DNA from: Phoronis australis
Lineage: Eukaryota > Animalia > Phoronida
Direction of reading: 5' to 3'
Length of the DNA stretch: 64,000 nucleotides
Assembly (NCBI GenBank): GCA_002633005.1
Contig: NMRA01000141.1
Span: forward strand, 421,609-485,608
In this document: piece by piece, positions 1 through 12,620 of the stretch
How the letters are laid out: the number at the start of each line of letters is the position of its first letter
Numbering within the stretch: the first letter of the stretch is position 1
Position numbers and translations under genes: made by a program
Notes under the pieces: model-generated
What the model was told of the DNA's origin: nothing
Database searches by the model: none
What the model saw: only the letters and a program-made list of their open reading frames with translations

Positions 1-559
1 AAGTTTAAAGGTGAGGTAGACAATGAAACCAAGACGACTAACAACCATAACCCCCAGGCCTTATTACACAAATGCACACAGAATGAAAAATCATTAAAAG
101 TGTATTGAGGAATTAGGCAATAGGAGACAATCATCAAACAAGAAAAAATTCTCAAATAATTCAAGAACCTAAATCGTAACAAGAAACCAATAACGTACGG
201 CAGATAGCCCTCCAGGAGATCTATAGTTGCTTTTAAACGAGAGACAGCCAATGGAGCAACTCACACGGAACAGTTGATTGGGTACAAGTGTGTGCATAAA
301 CATGACTGACACGGCACAGGCTGACACGGCAGCGGCCATTTTTGACACCCGTTTGGTAGTTAGAAAGAGTTGCACTCAATCAGCTGCTACAGTTTCAATT
401 ACATGTTTAAATACAACAGAGGCAGGGTGGAAAGGAATCATCAAAAGATTTCTATCCTATCAAGATGGTTTAGGGGGGGGGTTGCACTGTTTAGTGTAAA
501 TGGCCTCTTTGATCTTGCGGGAATGCCAATGTTCCCCCCTGGTAAGAACTAGAAAGTAC

Positions 560-840
560 TGTAGATATTGATAGTGTGGTTAGATAAAACTAAGTGGTCA
601 CCGATAGCAAGGTTTATCCATTTTTTGTGTTCAGCTAAGTGAGTGTCGAGAGCACATATAGTCACACCGATGTATGCGTGAGAACGATCCTCGGGTCACG
701 TTGGATTTGATAAACAACACACGACTGCTTCTCAAGCGGGGTGACATCCCGAGGTTTAACGAGCTGACTGCGATGAGTGTTGATGGATTTAAAATAAGTG
801 TTGACTTGCATGACGTCTAAAAGCGTGATGTAGTTTGTCA
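560..840 (-). mobile_element. Penelope-like retroelement remnant (GIY-YIG endonuclease region, frameshifted)
   Basis: Minus strand reads VNTYFKSINTHRSQLVKPRDVTPLEKQSCVVYQIQ, then after a frameshift HAYIGVTICALDTHLAEHKK..AIGDHL. This matches the PLE pattern LV.PKD..P......VVY.I.C...YIGET...L..R..EH. Confidence 0.8.
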
Positions 841-1235
841 AATAATGAGTAACTGATTCAGTGCAACTCGCTCTGCCTATCAAACCAGTGCGGATGCTCG
901 GTATCACTTGCTCTGTGTCAGTCATGTTTTAACATACACACTTTTACTGGATCAGCTGTTCCATGTTAGCTACGACATGTCAGCTGTCTCCCATGTAAAG
1001 GGGGGTTTACTAAACCTTAACTGAGGTAAGTAACCACAGGTGGCCGAGTCCAATAGACTAGATTTAAAGGTGGAACTAATTATCAGCTGCAGGCTTGCAC
1101 GACTTGCCCCCCACACCCCCACATGCCCTGTCAAGGCAAAAAACATGATCACATGACCCAATTAATAGCACATTGGTATAAAGTCAAAAATCAAAAATCA
1201 AATTCTACATGTCTTCGACTTTCAGAATAAATATT

Positions 1236-1944
1236 TTTATACCACAATATCATCCTCGATTTTTAGCCAGTTCAACCGTGTAATAACCCATTTAGTTATC
1301 TCACGAGTGAGATAACATTTTGGCGGAAATCGAGGCCTGGTTTCGACCCCGGTCCGCAAGAGTTTCCAGTCGTCGACTTAACTACTGCACCACTCAGCGG
1401 CTGATGTCATCGAACGTGAAAACAGAATACTTAGATAAGTACGCGCAACAATCGCATGTTCAACCAGGCATTGTACCGACATTTATATGCTATGAAAAAT
1501 AAGACGCATAATTTCCATAAAAATGATATTTTAATTCAGTGAAATTTATCTCTCATATTCTCTCACTTGTAAATCACCAATCTCCAATTTGAATGCGGGT
1601 ATCGTGTCGTCAGGATCCTTCAACTTGAGCATTATACTCAGTTACCAGTGGTAACCTACTTTAGCAGACGATATTTTCTCGGTTGAAGCTTTAAGCGTGA
1701 TAAAATGTGTAGTAAGCTATAATAGTTGCTAAGCCTCAATTTACAGATTCACTTTCCTTCCGTTTTGTTTAAATTTTCAATTGTTTTTGAGTAAAAGCAT
1801 TATTTGACAAAAATAGCTTGGCTTTTCCAAAAGGTCACGACCTCTGACCCCGGGCCTGACATAGAAAGTAGTTACAAAGCCGAGGCGAGTCGAGAAATGT
1901 AGATCGATTCATCGCAATTTTTCTCGTTCAGTATGTGGTATAAA
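1236..1944. mobile_element. Non-autonomous element with short inverted termini (Crypton-like or unclassified)
   Basis: TTTATACCACA at 1236-1246 and its exact reverse complement TGTGGTATAAA at 1934-1944. No TSD seen; family assignment is tentative. Confidence 0.4.
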
Positions 1945-2087
1945 TAGATTATGTCATGTTCTCAGTCGCTATCCCCATTATCTAGAGCCCTCGAGGATTT
2001 TGGAGAATTATCGCCATCAGGACATTCTCCAAAATCCACTCGGGGTCTAGAACACGGGGATTACGACTGAGAACATGTAATAATCTA
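1945..2087. repeat. ~140-bp imperfect palindrome (fold-back mini element)
   Basis: Outer arms TAGATTATGTCATGTTCTCAGTCG / CGACTGAGAACATGTAATAATCTA; inner arms GGATTTTGGAGAAT / ATTCTCCAAAATCC. Confidence 0.8.
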
Positions 2088-2246
2088 TACATATTTATAT
2101 TTTACTGAGTTAAATGTCTATAGTTTAATGAGTGAATGTTAGGCTAAATATCAAGACTTGCTGATATGGTAAGTTCCGTACCCGTTAGGGTTAATGCCCT
2201 GGGCGGATAAATTGGCAAACCCAAAAAATCAGGGTTGGGTGGTTAA

Positions 2247-3165
2247 CCGAACATGGGTGCTTATTACGCCCTGGGCGGTTAATCTTACCTCATGATCAGA
2301 GTACCACACAACACATGTACTCGGAACGCGTAGAACTTTGCAAAGAGCTTTCATCAAGATGCCAAATGTCGCTAAAAGTGTCATAACAGCAGACAAACCC
2401 AAGAAATGTTCAGTTGCCCACAGATTAGTCAATCACAATTAAATTTTATACAAAATTGGTGAGTAATAACCCTGTGCCGATCTTATTAGAGCTGTAGTGC
2501 GCAGACGACCAAAAACAATAACTTGGATTGCAACTATTCTCACGCGATGACACTTTAGAAGTGCGCGTATGCGAGCTTCACGTGTTGCAGAGGTCACAGC
2601 AGACAACAAATTTATGGTGCTTAAGCTGTCAAAATCCCTGAGTCAAAGACAAGTTTTAAAAATTAATGATGTAATAAAAGTTTGAAAAACAAATTCAGGT
2701 GTTTTTTGTGTTTGGGATGTTTATGTTGGAGATTAGATTAGACTCCGTGACTCATTTTCAAGGTATCTTTCTGCGGCTAGCTGTTTTATCTCGTTGCCCA
2801 CTTCCAATTGCGTGAAACATGCCACGCAAAGAAGATGAGAATCGGGGGTAAGCAGACATGAGCCAGTCCTCAATTAAAAGTTACTGCAAAGGCATTACTC
2901 AAAAACAAGCATTTGTTTTTTAAGATTTTATTTTAAAATTACTAACACTATGACTGGGGATGAGTCTAGTGAGCGCGTACAGTAGAGTCCGAGGAAAAAA
3001 TTACCAGTTCGTACACGTATCTGCGTTGGTAAAAAAACAATACATAGATGTAGCCCTAATTCTTCAGGTAACCGGCATCCGTGGTTTGCGCGGCTATACG
3101 ACTAAATTAGTGAAGAGCTTCAACCAGTAACGCGTTCTTTCCGAGTCAGTGTTTTACAACCGAAA
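2247..3165 (+). repeat. Dispersed ~0.9-kb repeat; inverted diverged copy at 11605-12511
   Basis: ACTAACACTATGACTGGGGATGAGTCTAGTGA (2941) matches TCACTAGACTCATCCCCAGTCATAGTGTTAGT (11789). GGTTAATCTTACCTCATGATC (2277) matches GATCATGAGGTAAGATTAACC (12452). Confidence 0.85.
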
Positions 3166-3404
3166 CTCCGCGCTTGGCATAACGAACTGAAGGTCGCATT
3201 GGTGACCTGAAATTTGGAAATGTGAGCCGAGATTATAGACGTCTTGTACCTGCCAACGGGAAATTCCAACTTATGCGAGCCGTTTTTTTTTGGGGGTAGG
3301 GTAAAATAGATGGGCCTACCTGGCAAACATAAAGCAACTCAAAGAACATTTATTTTACACGCAATATGTACAGATTATCCTATTATAATATCACCGGCAC
3401 TGGT

Positions 3405-3880
3405 CGGTCCCGCTGTTTGCGCACAATATGCGCTGTTAAATCCACCTGTTAACTGCAATATTAATTGGGGCTGTTAAATTCCAGCCAGGAGGCCAGGGAA
3501 GTTAAGCCTTCATACCCCAACTCCTCAAACCATCCATAGGGGTAGGCCCCTTACACAACTGATTAGATCCATTCTGGCATTTATGCTTGAAGGGTCAGCT
3601 CTCTTATGGTTGATAATTGCTCTAATCTAAGTATCTAACCTCACTGGGCTGTGCTGTTACAAATAAAAGTTAAGTTGTAAAATATCTGAACATAAACCAA
3701 TAACGTTTCTTAATTCCCGTTCAAATGCTGATCATGTTTTATTTTTTAAATCACTAAAATTGCTCAAATACAACTGAATTTAAGACAATCTATTCTGTCC
3801 GAATGTACCAAAAAACTGGGTTTCATACGGACCGCAACTCCCCAAACCATCGACGTGTCGGCGTTAGTATGAAAGACCCT
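3405..3880. mobile_element. Dispersed MITE-like repeat (Harbinger-like end); relatives at ~15350-15820 (inverted) and ~50110-50400 (direct)
   Basis: Shares CAAATGCTGATCATGTT...TTAAGACAATCTATTCTGTCC with 50.3 kb, and GCTGTTAAATCC.CCTGTT.ACTGC and GCAACTCCCCAAA with the reverse strand at 15.4 kb. Ends in TATGAAAGACCCT. Confidence 0.6.
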
Positions 3881-4560
3881 ACAGACTACATGTCTGAACA
3901 CACACTCAGCTAATCACACTATATATGTCTGAACACACACTTAGCTAATCACAGAGCACTAATGTCTGAACACAAACTCAGCTTATCACACTATATATGT
4001 CTGAACACACACTTAGCTAATCACAGACTATTAGTCTGAACACACACTCAGCTAATCACAGACTACATGTCTGAACACACACTTAGCTAATCACACTATA
4101 TATGTCTGAACACACACTTAGCTAATCACAGAGCACTAATGTCTGAACACACACTCAGCTAATCACGGACTACATGTTTGAACACACACTCAGCTAATCA
4201 CAGACTATTAGTCTGAACACACACTCAGCTAATCACAGAACACTAATGTCTGAACACAACATTTAGCATCTCTATCGATTNAAAAAACTGGGTTTCATAC
4301 GGACCGCAACTCCCCAAACCATCGACGTGTCGGCGTTAGTATGAAAGACCCTACAGACTACATGTCTGAACACACACTCAGCTAATCACAGAGCACTAAT
4401 GTCTGAACACACACTCAGCTTATCACACTATACATGTCTGAACACACACTCAGCTAATCACGGACTACATGTTTGAACACACACTCAGCTAATCACAGAC
4501 TATTAGTCTGAACACACACTCAGCTAATCACAGAACACTAATGTCTGAACACAACATTTA
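3881..4560 (+). repeat. Minisatellite, ~37-39-bp unit
   Basis: Repeated ATGTCTGAACACACACTCAGCTAATCACAGACTA variants; present as two versions either side of the N at 4281. Confidence 0.95.
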
Positions 4561-4818
4561 GCATCTCTATCGATTAATAACCTACAAATCAAATACCCCT
4601 CAACTCACCCACTCATGATCAAAAGAGTGTCTTTAAACTTGAAGCGTATGCCACTTAATTACAGAGCTTTTTAAGCAAGTTGTTATCTTAAATGTAATTT
4701 GATCACTCCAGTTTCATTGTTAATCTATCATGACCTATAATTCCCAAGGGTCAATGACCATTACAATAACAATTGCGCAACAAATTCCATATAACACAGC
4801 CTCCCATCTATGATTGAC

Positions 4819-4958
4819 AACACACCTGTTGGAAATTAATAGCTAATCAATAGCACCAAGCTATAACCTGAAAATTTGTGTTCAAACGACACACCTGTTG
4901 TAAATTAATAGGTAATCAATAGCACCAAGCAATAACCTGAAAATTTGTGTTCAAACAA
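4819..4958 (+). repeat. Tandem duplication of a ~69-bp unit
   Basis: ACACACCTGTTG.AAATTAATAG.TAATCAATAGCACCAAGC.ATAACCTGAAAATTTGTGTTCAAAC occurs twice. Confidence 0.9.
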
Positions 4959-6267
4959 CACTTATGAGATGTTAAATGGGAAGACATTTAGAAATTTAAC
5001 AGTCTAATCTTAATTGTTATCAAAGTACTTTGAAAATATCATCAAAGTAGTTCACTATTATTCCAGAATACTGCCGATGAGAAACAGCTGTTACTCAACA
5101 ATATGCATAATAAATAGACACCTTACAAGGCAATTCAAATAGCAATTCCCCGCATGGATATACCTAATGAGCCTCAAACGCCAAAAAACCAAGTCAACAG
5201 ACATGAAAATTACGTCACTCACTTTTTTGCAGTCACATTAGTAGCGTGGTTTTCAAAAGCTTTGTTTCATGTTGGCATAGCCAAAGAACTTGTTGTTAAA
5301 CAATTATCAAATCTGTTGGTTTATTTAAGGGCAGATGTAGCCAGCTATGTTGTTAGTCTCACAAAGTTGAGAATTCAGAATGATCTAGCAAAGAGACTTT
5401 TCGCACACCTTAGTTGTTAGGAAAAGTCGCGATCAATCTTCCCTCAAATGCTGATGGGTAAATCACAATCAAGGTCTGTATTTGAGAGTTGACTGTGTTA
5501 CGTGCTAAAATAAATTTTTTGGACACTTACCCAATGTCAACTGAATCTGATATGCAAAGAGTTATTTAGTTGTGCAAAAAAGAATCATCAAAATTGGACA
5601 GTGTTTGAGAAATTTATGCATATTTTTGTCTATGAATTTCATGCATTTTTAACGTTATGAGTGGCCATTTTAAAAATTCCAGTTTTCAACTGTCAACAAT
5701 AGAAAAGAAATTAATTTTATTGAGTGACCAATTGCTTTGATATGGCTAGGAATAACTTGAGTCACTTTCAGAATCACTTAGATGAAGTTGCGCTCAATCA
5801 TTGAGAAGTAGTAGGGTTTATCCTAAAACAGGAACTTATTACGAAATTTGTACATTCTGTGTTTCTAACCCTCACCTGCTAAAAAGAAGGTTAAAAACTA
5901 AAGTTTACTCTCTGTAATAAAAAGAGTAGCAGTATGTGTTAGCTTAGGCAACACGGCAAATTATTCAATATCTAAACGAACCGAAAGTTTGGATATTTAC
6001 TGGGTTCTGCTATCTTGAAAACGGGCCAAAAAGGCTAACAAAATGTAGTGTACATACCCCCTAGTGAAATTCAGTGACACAAATGGTGGCAGCAAATAAA
6101 ATTACCTTTTAAATAACAACATGGTCCTTATTATCATCAAAGAAAAGTAAGTGGCCATACAACTTAATGTTACCATGTGATGCAGAAACAGTGATGTAGT
6201 GTGCATACCCCTTTTTGTAGTGTACGTACTACCATGTTTACAAATACCATGAAATTAAAATATTACT

Positions 6268-7135
6268 TGGTAAGTGAGCAACATTGGTCAGAGACAATTT
6301 CCTTCCTTGCAAGTGATAGGTTAAAAGGGTGTTTATAACAAATACATTAGTTTTGAGTGAAATATTAGCATTTGTGTAGTGTACATGTCCCTATATTGTA
6401 AACCATGCCATATTAGCATTTGTGTAGTGTACATACCCCTATATTGTAAACCATGCCATATTAGCATTTGTGTAGTGTACATACCCCTGTATTGTAAGCC
6501 ATGCCATATTAGCATTTGTGTAGTGTACATACCCCTGTATTGTAAACCATGCCATATTAGCATTTGTGTAGTGTACATACCCCTGTATTGTAAACCATGC
6601 CATATTAGCATTTGTGTAGTGTACATACCCCTATATTGTAAACCATGCCAATTTTCAAAGAATTACAGATATGCACATGAATGCCGTACTTTTCATTTTT
6701 TCTCTTTGAATAGATTTAGTAAATAAACTAACTCTCAGTAATTTCTTAGTATTTAGTTACAAAGCTGGCATGTCATTGAAAGGTAGTGTTTGGGGACCCC
6801 ATGTTAACAAATGCTATGTTAACAAATATTATATGGTAAGTAAGCAACATTGGTCACGGACAGTTTCATCCCTTAAAATGTTAGGTTAAAAGGGTGTTTA
6901 CTACAAATACATTTGTGTTGAGCGAAATATTAGCATTTGTGTAGTGTACCTTCCCCTATATTTTAACATGTGCATGTTTTGAAAGAATGGCAGACAGATA
7001 TGCACATGTATGCTGTACTATTTATTTGTTACCTTTAAATAGATTTGGTAAATGAACTAACTCTCAGTAGATTCTCAGTACTTTTATAAAACTGACATGC
7101 CATTGAAATGTAGTGCAAGTACCCCTGTGTAGTGT
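6268..7135 (+). repeat. Duplicated ~290-bp unit; first copy holds a 48-bp x ~6 tandem array (6362-6650)
   Basis: 48-mer ATATTAGCATTTGTGTAGTGTACATACCCCTGTATTGTAAACCATGCC. The unit start TGGTAAGT.AGCAACATTGGTCA occurs at 6268 and ~6835. Confidence 0.9.
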
Positions 7136-10100
7136 ACAGACCTTCAACCTCTGTGTTATAAAATATTGACCACAAGTACCTATTATTTAAAATGCATCGT
7201 TTGCACAAACTCCGTCTCCCCCGCCCCACTACAGACCTTCGTTGCCCCCGTTTCGGCACTGCCTTGGTCCCAGGTATTGCACTGGCCCCCTGTTTGGATT
7301 TGAGGTGTTCTAATTTTTTCTCGCGGGCCGTTTTTTCGCAAACGTGGAGGGAGAGTGACCAGTTTTGTATTGGCCTTGGTGACGTCAGTCGGTCAGCTCT
7401 GGGTGACGTCACTCTGTCGGTGTAATTTCACTCCCTCCAGCTTCGGTCGCGTATATAATTCATCGGGCCTGTTGCCGCCAACATTAATGATGCCTCACTA
7501 TAAAATTCTTACTCTTCCTTGAGTAAACTAACTTATTTACCTTGGTGTTGGAAAATTGGCGATCTTCAGTTATTTTGCTGCTAAAATTGCAGTGCACTCT
7601 TTGGGCGCCATTGCGTCTACTGTAGGCCAATTTCCATGTTATTCAATCAAATGTGAGGTTGCATTGATGTCATAACATTCGTAAGTCGTTTCATTTGACA
7701 AGTTTTTACTATACTATTATTAGAAAACCTAATTTCAGAAAAAACTCTCGAGAGATATCGCAAAATTTTCGGAAATGGCACGTACGTGCGCGTGTCACAA
7801 GTATGCACTGTTTTCAAAACGACCACAGATTTTCCATCGTTACAAAAGGCAGAGAATTACGAAAAATAACGTTTATTAGATTGTCTTTTTACTTCTATAA
7901 ACGGCTGTAACGGGCAAGATGAATGTCGGTTCATTCCCAGAATCTACATGCACCTCTGTAGGTTGTTAGCTCTAAGTTTCACGACGAGGTGACAAGCTCA
8001 GCGCCGGGGTTGTGAAATTTCGGTGTCTAACGGAGCTCTGACACACGGCTATCTAGCTGTATATTGACGATAGTCTTCATACAGCTAGCTGGCTTTCTAC
8101 CTCAGTATGTACAATTATGAAGCAAGTATTGTAAATACATCTATATACTTTGTACACAGTATTTTTAAATGCATTCTAGGTTTTCACTTTAAAGAATATG
8201 ATTACCGTACTTTGTGTTACGGCAGGGTCAAATGTTCTGGAAAGAAATTTTTACTGCCTGGGGAAAGAATCCCGCAGCCGCGCACTATTTCCCCTCGGCG
8301 CTTCCCACTAGCGGCTAGTTTTTATATATTGCTGTTCTCATGAACAATACTGATATTTCCAAAATGCATCCAGTCTGACAAAAAAAAAACAATGGACATT
8401 ATCAAATTTGTAGGCAATAAAATGCCACACAGGACTTGGCTAGTAACATCCTAGAAGACACATCATATGACAACTGATGTTGCAGGGGCAGGTTCTTTAC
8501 CTCTCAAGACAACATGCAACACACCAACTAGTAGAGACAGCACAAAACTCAAACCATCCCATACATTTGTAACTTAGTCAACATTTGATGTTAATTGACT
8601 GTGCGTTATTAAGTAGTGTGCGTACCCCCTCCCCCAATCAGTACCATTTTTACTGTTTGCAAGTTGAACACTGGACCTAGCATTGCTTTAACTACTTTGA
8701 ACAACTGGTGAATGAATAAAAACTACGGTGAATAGCACCAATAAAGTTTTTTAAAAAAGTATTTACTTGTCGTTTTCTTTTTGTAAGAATCATACAGCAA
8801 GGGAAAAAGTCCATTATACTGAGTAAACATATGCAATGCATCATCTAGATTAACTTGACCAGCATGGTAATAATTTTTCTTCCTTTAGTATGCGATACTT
8901 CTTCAATTTGATCAAGAAGTTATTAAGTTTTGCATGATAGAAGTGGGCTGTAATCACAAGTTGTAGTGTACGTACCCTTTTATACAACTGAGAAGTATCA
9001 GGCCATAAAATTTTATTCGGTGGTTCTTGTGCAAAAATATTTCTGATTATAAACCTGGAATGATGGTACTTTAAAATAACCCAGCTTTTAAAGCTATATG
9101 ACATCCTTCATTTTTCTCCAAAAGTGGCCACCGAATATGGACCTTGATTGTGATTTGCTCGTGATGCAGTGGTGACTTAAGATGGGCGTTCAGAACGCGC
9201 CAAGGCAATTCTTTTATTTTAAGACAAAAGACAGGTAGAAAGTAAATGTGTTTACCATCCCCCTGCCCTAGAAAATGTATCATGCCGATACATTTTAAAT
9301 TAAAAATTTCTGTTTGCAGGTGTCAGAAACAAGCAACACAGAACGTTGATATACGCCCATGGTGTGCATCACATATAGCGTAGATACAGGGGATAAATAT
9401 TGTTTTAAACATTTTCACTATAAGGAGAAAAGCTTGTAATCTTACATAGCCCACAACGGGGTGGAGTGCAGATCAGCAATACTCTACTTATCTGCCAAGA
9501 TCGTAAAAAACTAAAACTGCCAATAGAGGGCACAGCGTCAGTCAGATATGTCCAAAAGTCATCATCCGTTGTCACGTTCATAGAAATCCAAATTTCATAA
9601 AGATCCTGCAAGGGTTTAGGAAAAACAGCTGCAAAAAAACAAAGACGGTATACGGGGATACCACAGTAGCCAAAATTGTTCAAAAATCCTTGTAAATCTT
9701 GGTCTTCCCAGTAGGAAACCATACCTACCCTGTTCACTCAGATCCCTTTCCCCTGTTCATTAACTTGAGCGAGACGTTACACAATGCTGCCTAAATTCAG
9801 CAAGCTACACCTGTTATTGAAGCATGTTCTATCTGTCTTACCACACTAAAATTATAGGCTAACAAGGTGTATTGCAACCTACCCCTCCATCCAAGTGCCT
9901 TACCTTCAAGCAGCAATTACCTTGCTCGATTAAAACAGTAAACAAGCCTCACCTTTGGTGAAATTTCATCGTACTTCACCTGAAGGGGTGCGAGGTGCAG
10001 TAGATTAGCGAACAGGTTCTATTAGTGTATTTAGCAACACGAAGCAAGTGTAATTTGTTTGGCACTCAGCCATTACTTGTCTCCAGAGACTTACCTCCGG

Positions 10101-11604
10101 AGCACCAGGGTAGAGTTCAGTAACGTTATGACCTCGCTAGAAAAATAAAACTTTGCGAGATTACACCAGATATTGTTGTGTATTTTAAATTAGAACATGT
10201 GATTCTGGCTAGATTTGTCTAGCCGCTAGAAGCTACTGAACTCTATCCAGGTTAGAATAGTAGGTGTGATATGAAATGCAGGTCTTTGAACACCTGTAGC
10301 CTGAGGGCTTTCATTAGTGAGATCATGGTGGAGTATTTGTATTAATCAGAAACACAGACAGCACCATGAGAATTTTTAAATTCTTTCTGAGAACAGCTAT
10401 ATTAAATTCAAAATTACGGTGAAAATTCTCCAGTTTGGCACAATCGGAGCTTACCCCAAATTTCAAGGTACCTAAACTACACGGTCAACGGACTCATAAA
10501 CATGGTCACGGATGCATGAACACAACTCACGGACCAGCAAACACCGTCCACTGACTCACTAACATGGGAACGGACTCACAAAACACAATCCATTCACCCA
10601 AATACACGGGACACGGACTCATATTCCCGAGGAAACACGTTTAACGGAACGCCAAACACGGGTCATGGACTCATCAGCTTCTTGGGTCAGCTGACATCTA
10701 CATTTTGTCCGTAAACCGTGTTTGGTTTGGTAAAGCACCCACCTCTCGTTAAGCGCCCATCCCCGACTTTTAAAGATTGAAGATTTAGCGCCCAGTGCTA
10801 AGGAAACGCGCGATTCCCCGACTTTAAGATAAAGATCGATGATAACAATCAGTGAAACGTGAAATGACGGCCTCCGAGACGGCAGTTTGGCAATGTGAAT
10901 TATAATACAACTAGTAACAAATTATTGTCCCAGGTTATGGATTTACTTCAAAATATACTACTTGAATGTTTTTGTCATTTTTCATGTTAGCAGAATTTAA
11001 GAACCCCGCCGGCTTCAATACATCTGCTTTCAGCGATGCCGTCTGCCGCGCTGAGTTTCCGTCTGCAGTGCACAAGATAAAACATATATTCGAAAAATCC
11101 GGCCAGAGAAATGAGACAGTGGTTTTGACAAACCCTTGCAATTCGCTTTAGGTGGGAAGCTCTTGGATTTTGAAGAATTCCCATAACTCACGGAAAGATG
11201 TCAAATTCTCCCTATTTTGATGAATGTTATTGCCGGGTTATCGAGAATGTGTGGCGACTGAAGGGACAGTGTGCCTCACTGGATCAATTTGCTGCCTCTC
11301 GATTTCGGAATTCAAAGGTTGGCAATACGTTACTGGATGTTTGTGTATAATCTTGAAGTAATACAAAACTGCAAGTCAAATTTTGTTTTTCGCTTATTGC
11401 ATCTGTCAAACTGGATTTCACCAATGTCGCTGGCAGTTCTTCATAATACAATTTCTTGCGAAACCCCTCCCCCCCAGGCGTCACTGTGCGGCCCTCCCGA
11501 ACAAATTTGTTTCAATATTAGTCAGTTTCAGCCGAAACAAAATTCTCACCACTCGAGTCTGAAATATCTACGACGTTAAGACTGACTGAAAATTGGTTGC
11601 AGCG

Positions 11605-12511
11605 GGGGGAGGTGAAATAACACCGATTCGGTAAGGATGCATTGCTGGTTGAAGCTCGTCACTAATTTAGTCATAAACCAATCCACAAGTGCCTGTTACC
11701 CAAATAATTGGGGCTTCGTCTACGAATTATTTTTAGTGACACAGATACGTGTAAGAACAAATTTTTTCCTCAATTCTACTGTACGGGTTCACTAGACTCA
11801 TCCCCAGTCATAGTGTTAGTATTTTTTAAAATAAAACCTTAAGCAGATACTAATGTTCTTAAGTAATGCCTCTTGTGATTGACGACTGACTCGTCTCCAC
11901 TTACTTCCGATTCTCGTCTTCTGTGCGTAGCATGTTTCACGTAACTGGAAGTGAGCAGCACCAGTCGGTCGAGATAAAACAGCAAGCCGCAGAACTATAT
12001 TCGTTGAAAATGTCAGTGAGTCACAAAATCTCGAACATAAACATTCCCAACACAAAAACGCCTGAATTAGTTTTTCAAATTTTTATTACAGCTAATTTTA
12101 AAATTGCTCTCTGACTCAGAACTTCACAGCAACCACAGGACTGTGACCATAAATTTAATCTTTGCTGAAACCTCCGCAACACTGTCAAGCTTGCACGAGA
12201 ACACTTCTGCACTGTCAACATGTGAGAATGGTTGCAATCCAAGTGGAGCGCCGTGTGGTCACTAGTCGTCTGCACACTACCAAGACCACAGGACAGCACG
12301 GGGCTATTACACAGTAATTGTATAAATTTAATTGTGAATGACTAATCTGAGGGCAACAGAACCGCTGTTGTGACATTTTTCTGTCATTTGGTGATGTGAC
12401 GATAAACCTCTTCGAAAAGTGCTACACATTCCAAGTATGTTTGGGGACTCAGATCATGAGGTAAGATTAACCGGCCATAGCGGTCATCTTTCGTAATTCA
12501 CCCGTATTCGG
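11605..12511 (-). repeat. Inverted diverged copy of the 2247-3165 repeat
   Basis: Colinear reverse-complement similarity over ~0.9 kb (see 2247-3165). Confidence 0.85.
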
Positions 12512-12515
12512 TTAA

Positions 12516-12620
12516 GGTTATCTCAAACCTTATTTGCAAAAATTGTCCACTTTTACAATATTTCACGTGTCTAGCAAAATACCTTATCTTCATTCTCAGG
12601 GAACTTCATATACAAATAAT
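12516..12620. mobile_element. Terminal fragment of the Kolobok-like element at 19961-21383
   Basis: TTAA|GGTTATCTCAAACCTTATT...GTGTCTAGCAAAATACCTTATCTTCATTCTC matches the reverse complement of 21281-21387. Confidence 0.75.

Noticed and set aside
3881-4560. CRISPR-like periodicity
   Set aside because: No unique spacers, no cas genes, eukaryotic context; it is a minisatellite.
6333-6726. Repetitive ORFs (MYTTQMLIWHGLQYRG)n and (CKPCHISICVVYIPLY)n
   Set aside because: By-products of a 48-bp (multiple of 3) minisatellite; not zinc-finger or heme proteins, and no gene structure.
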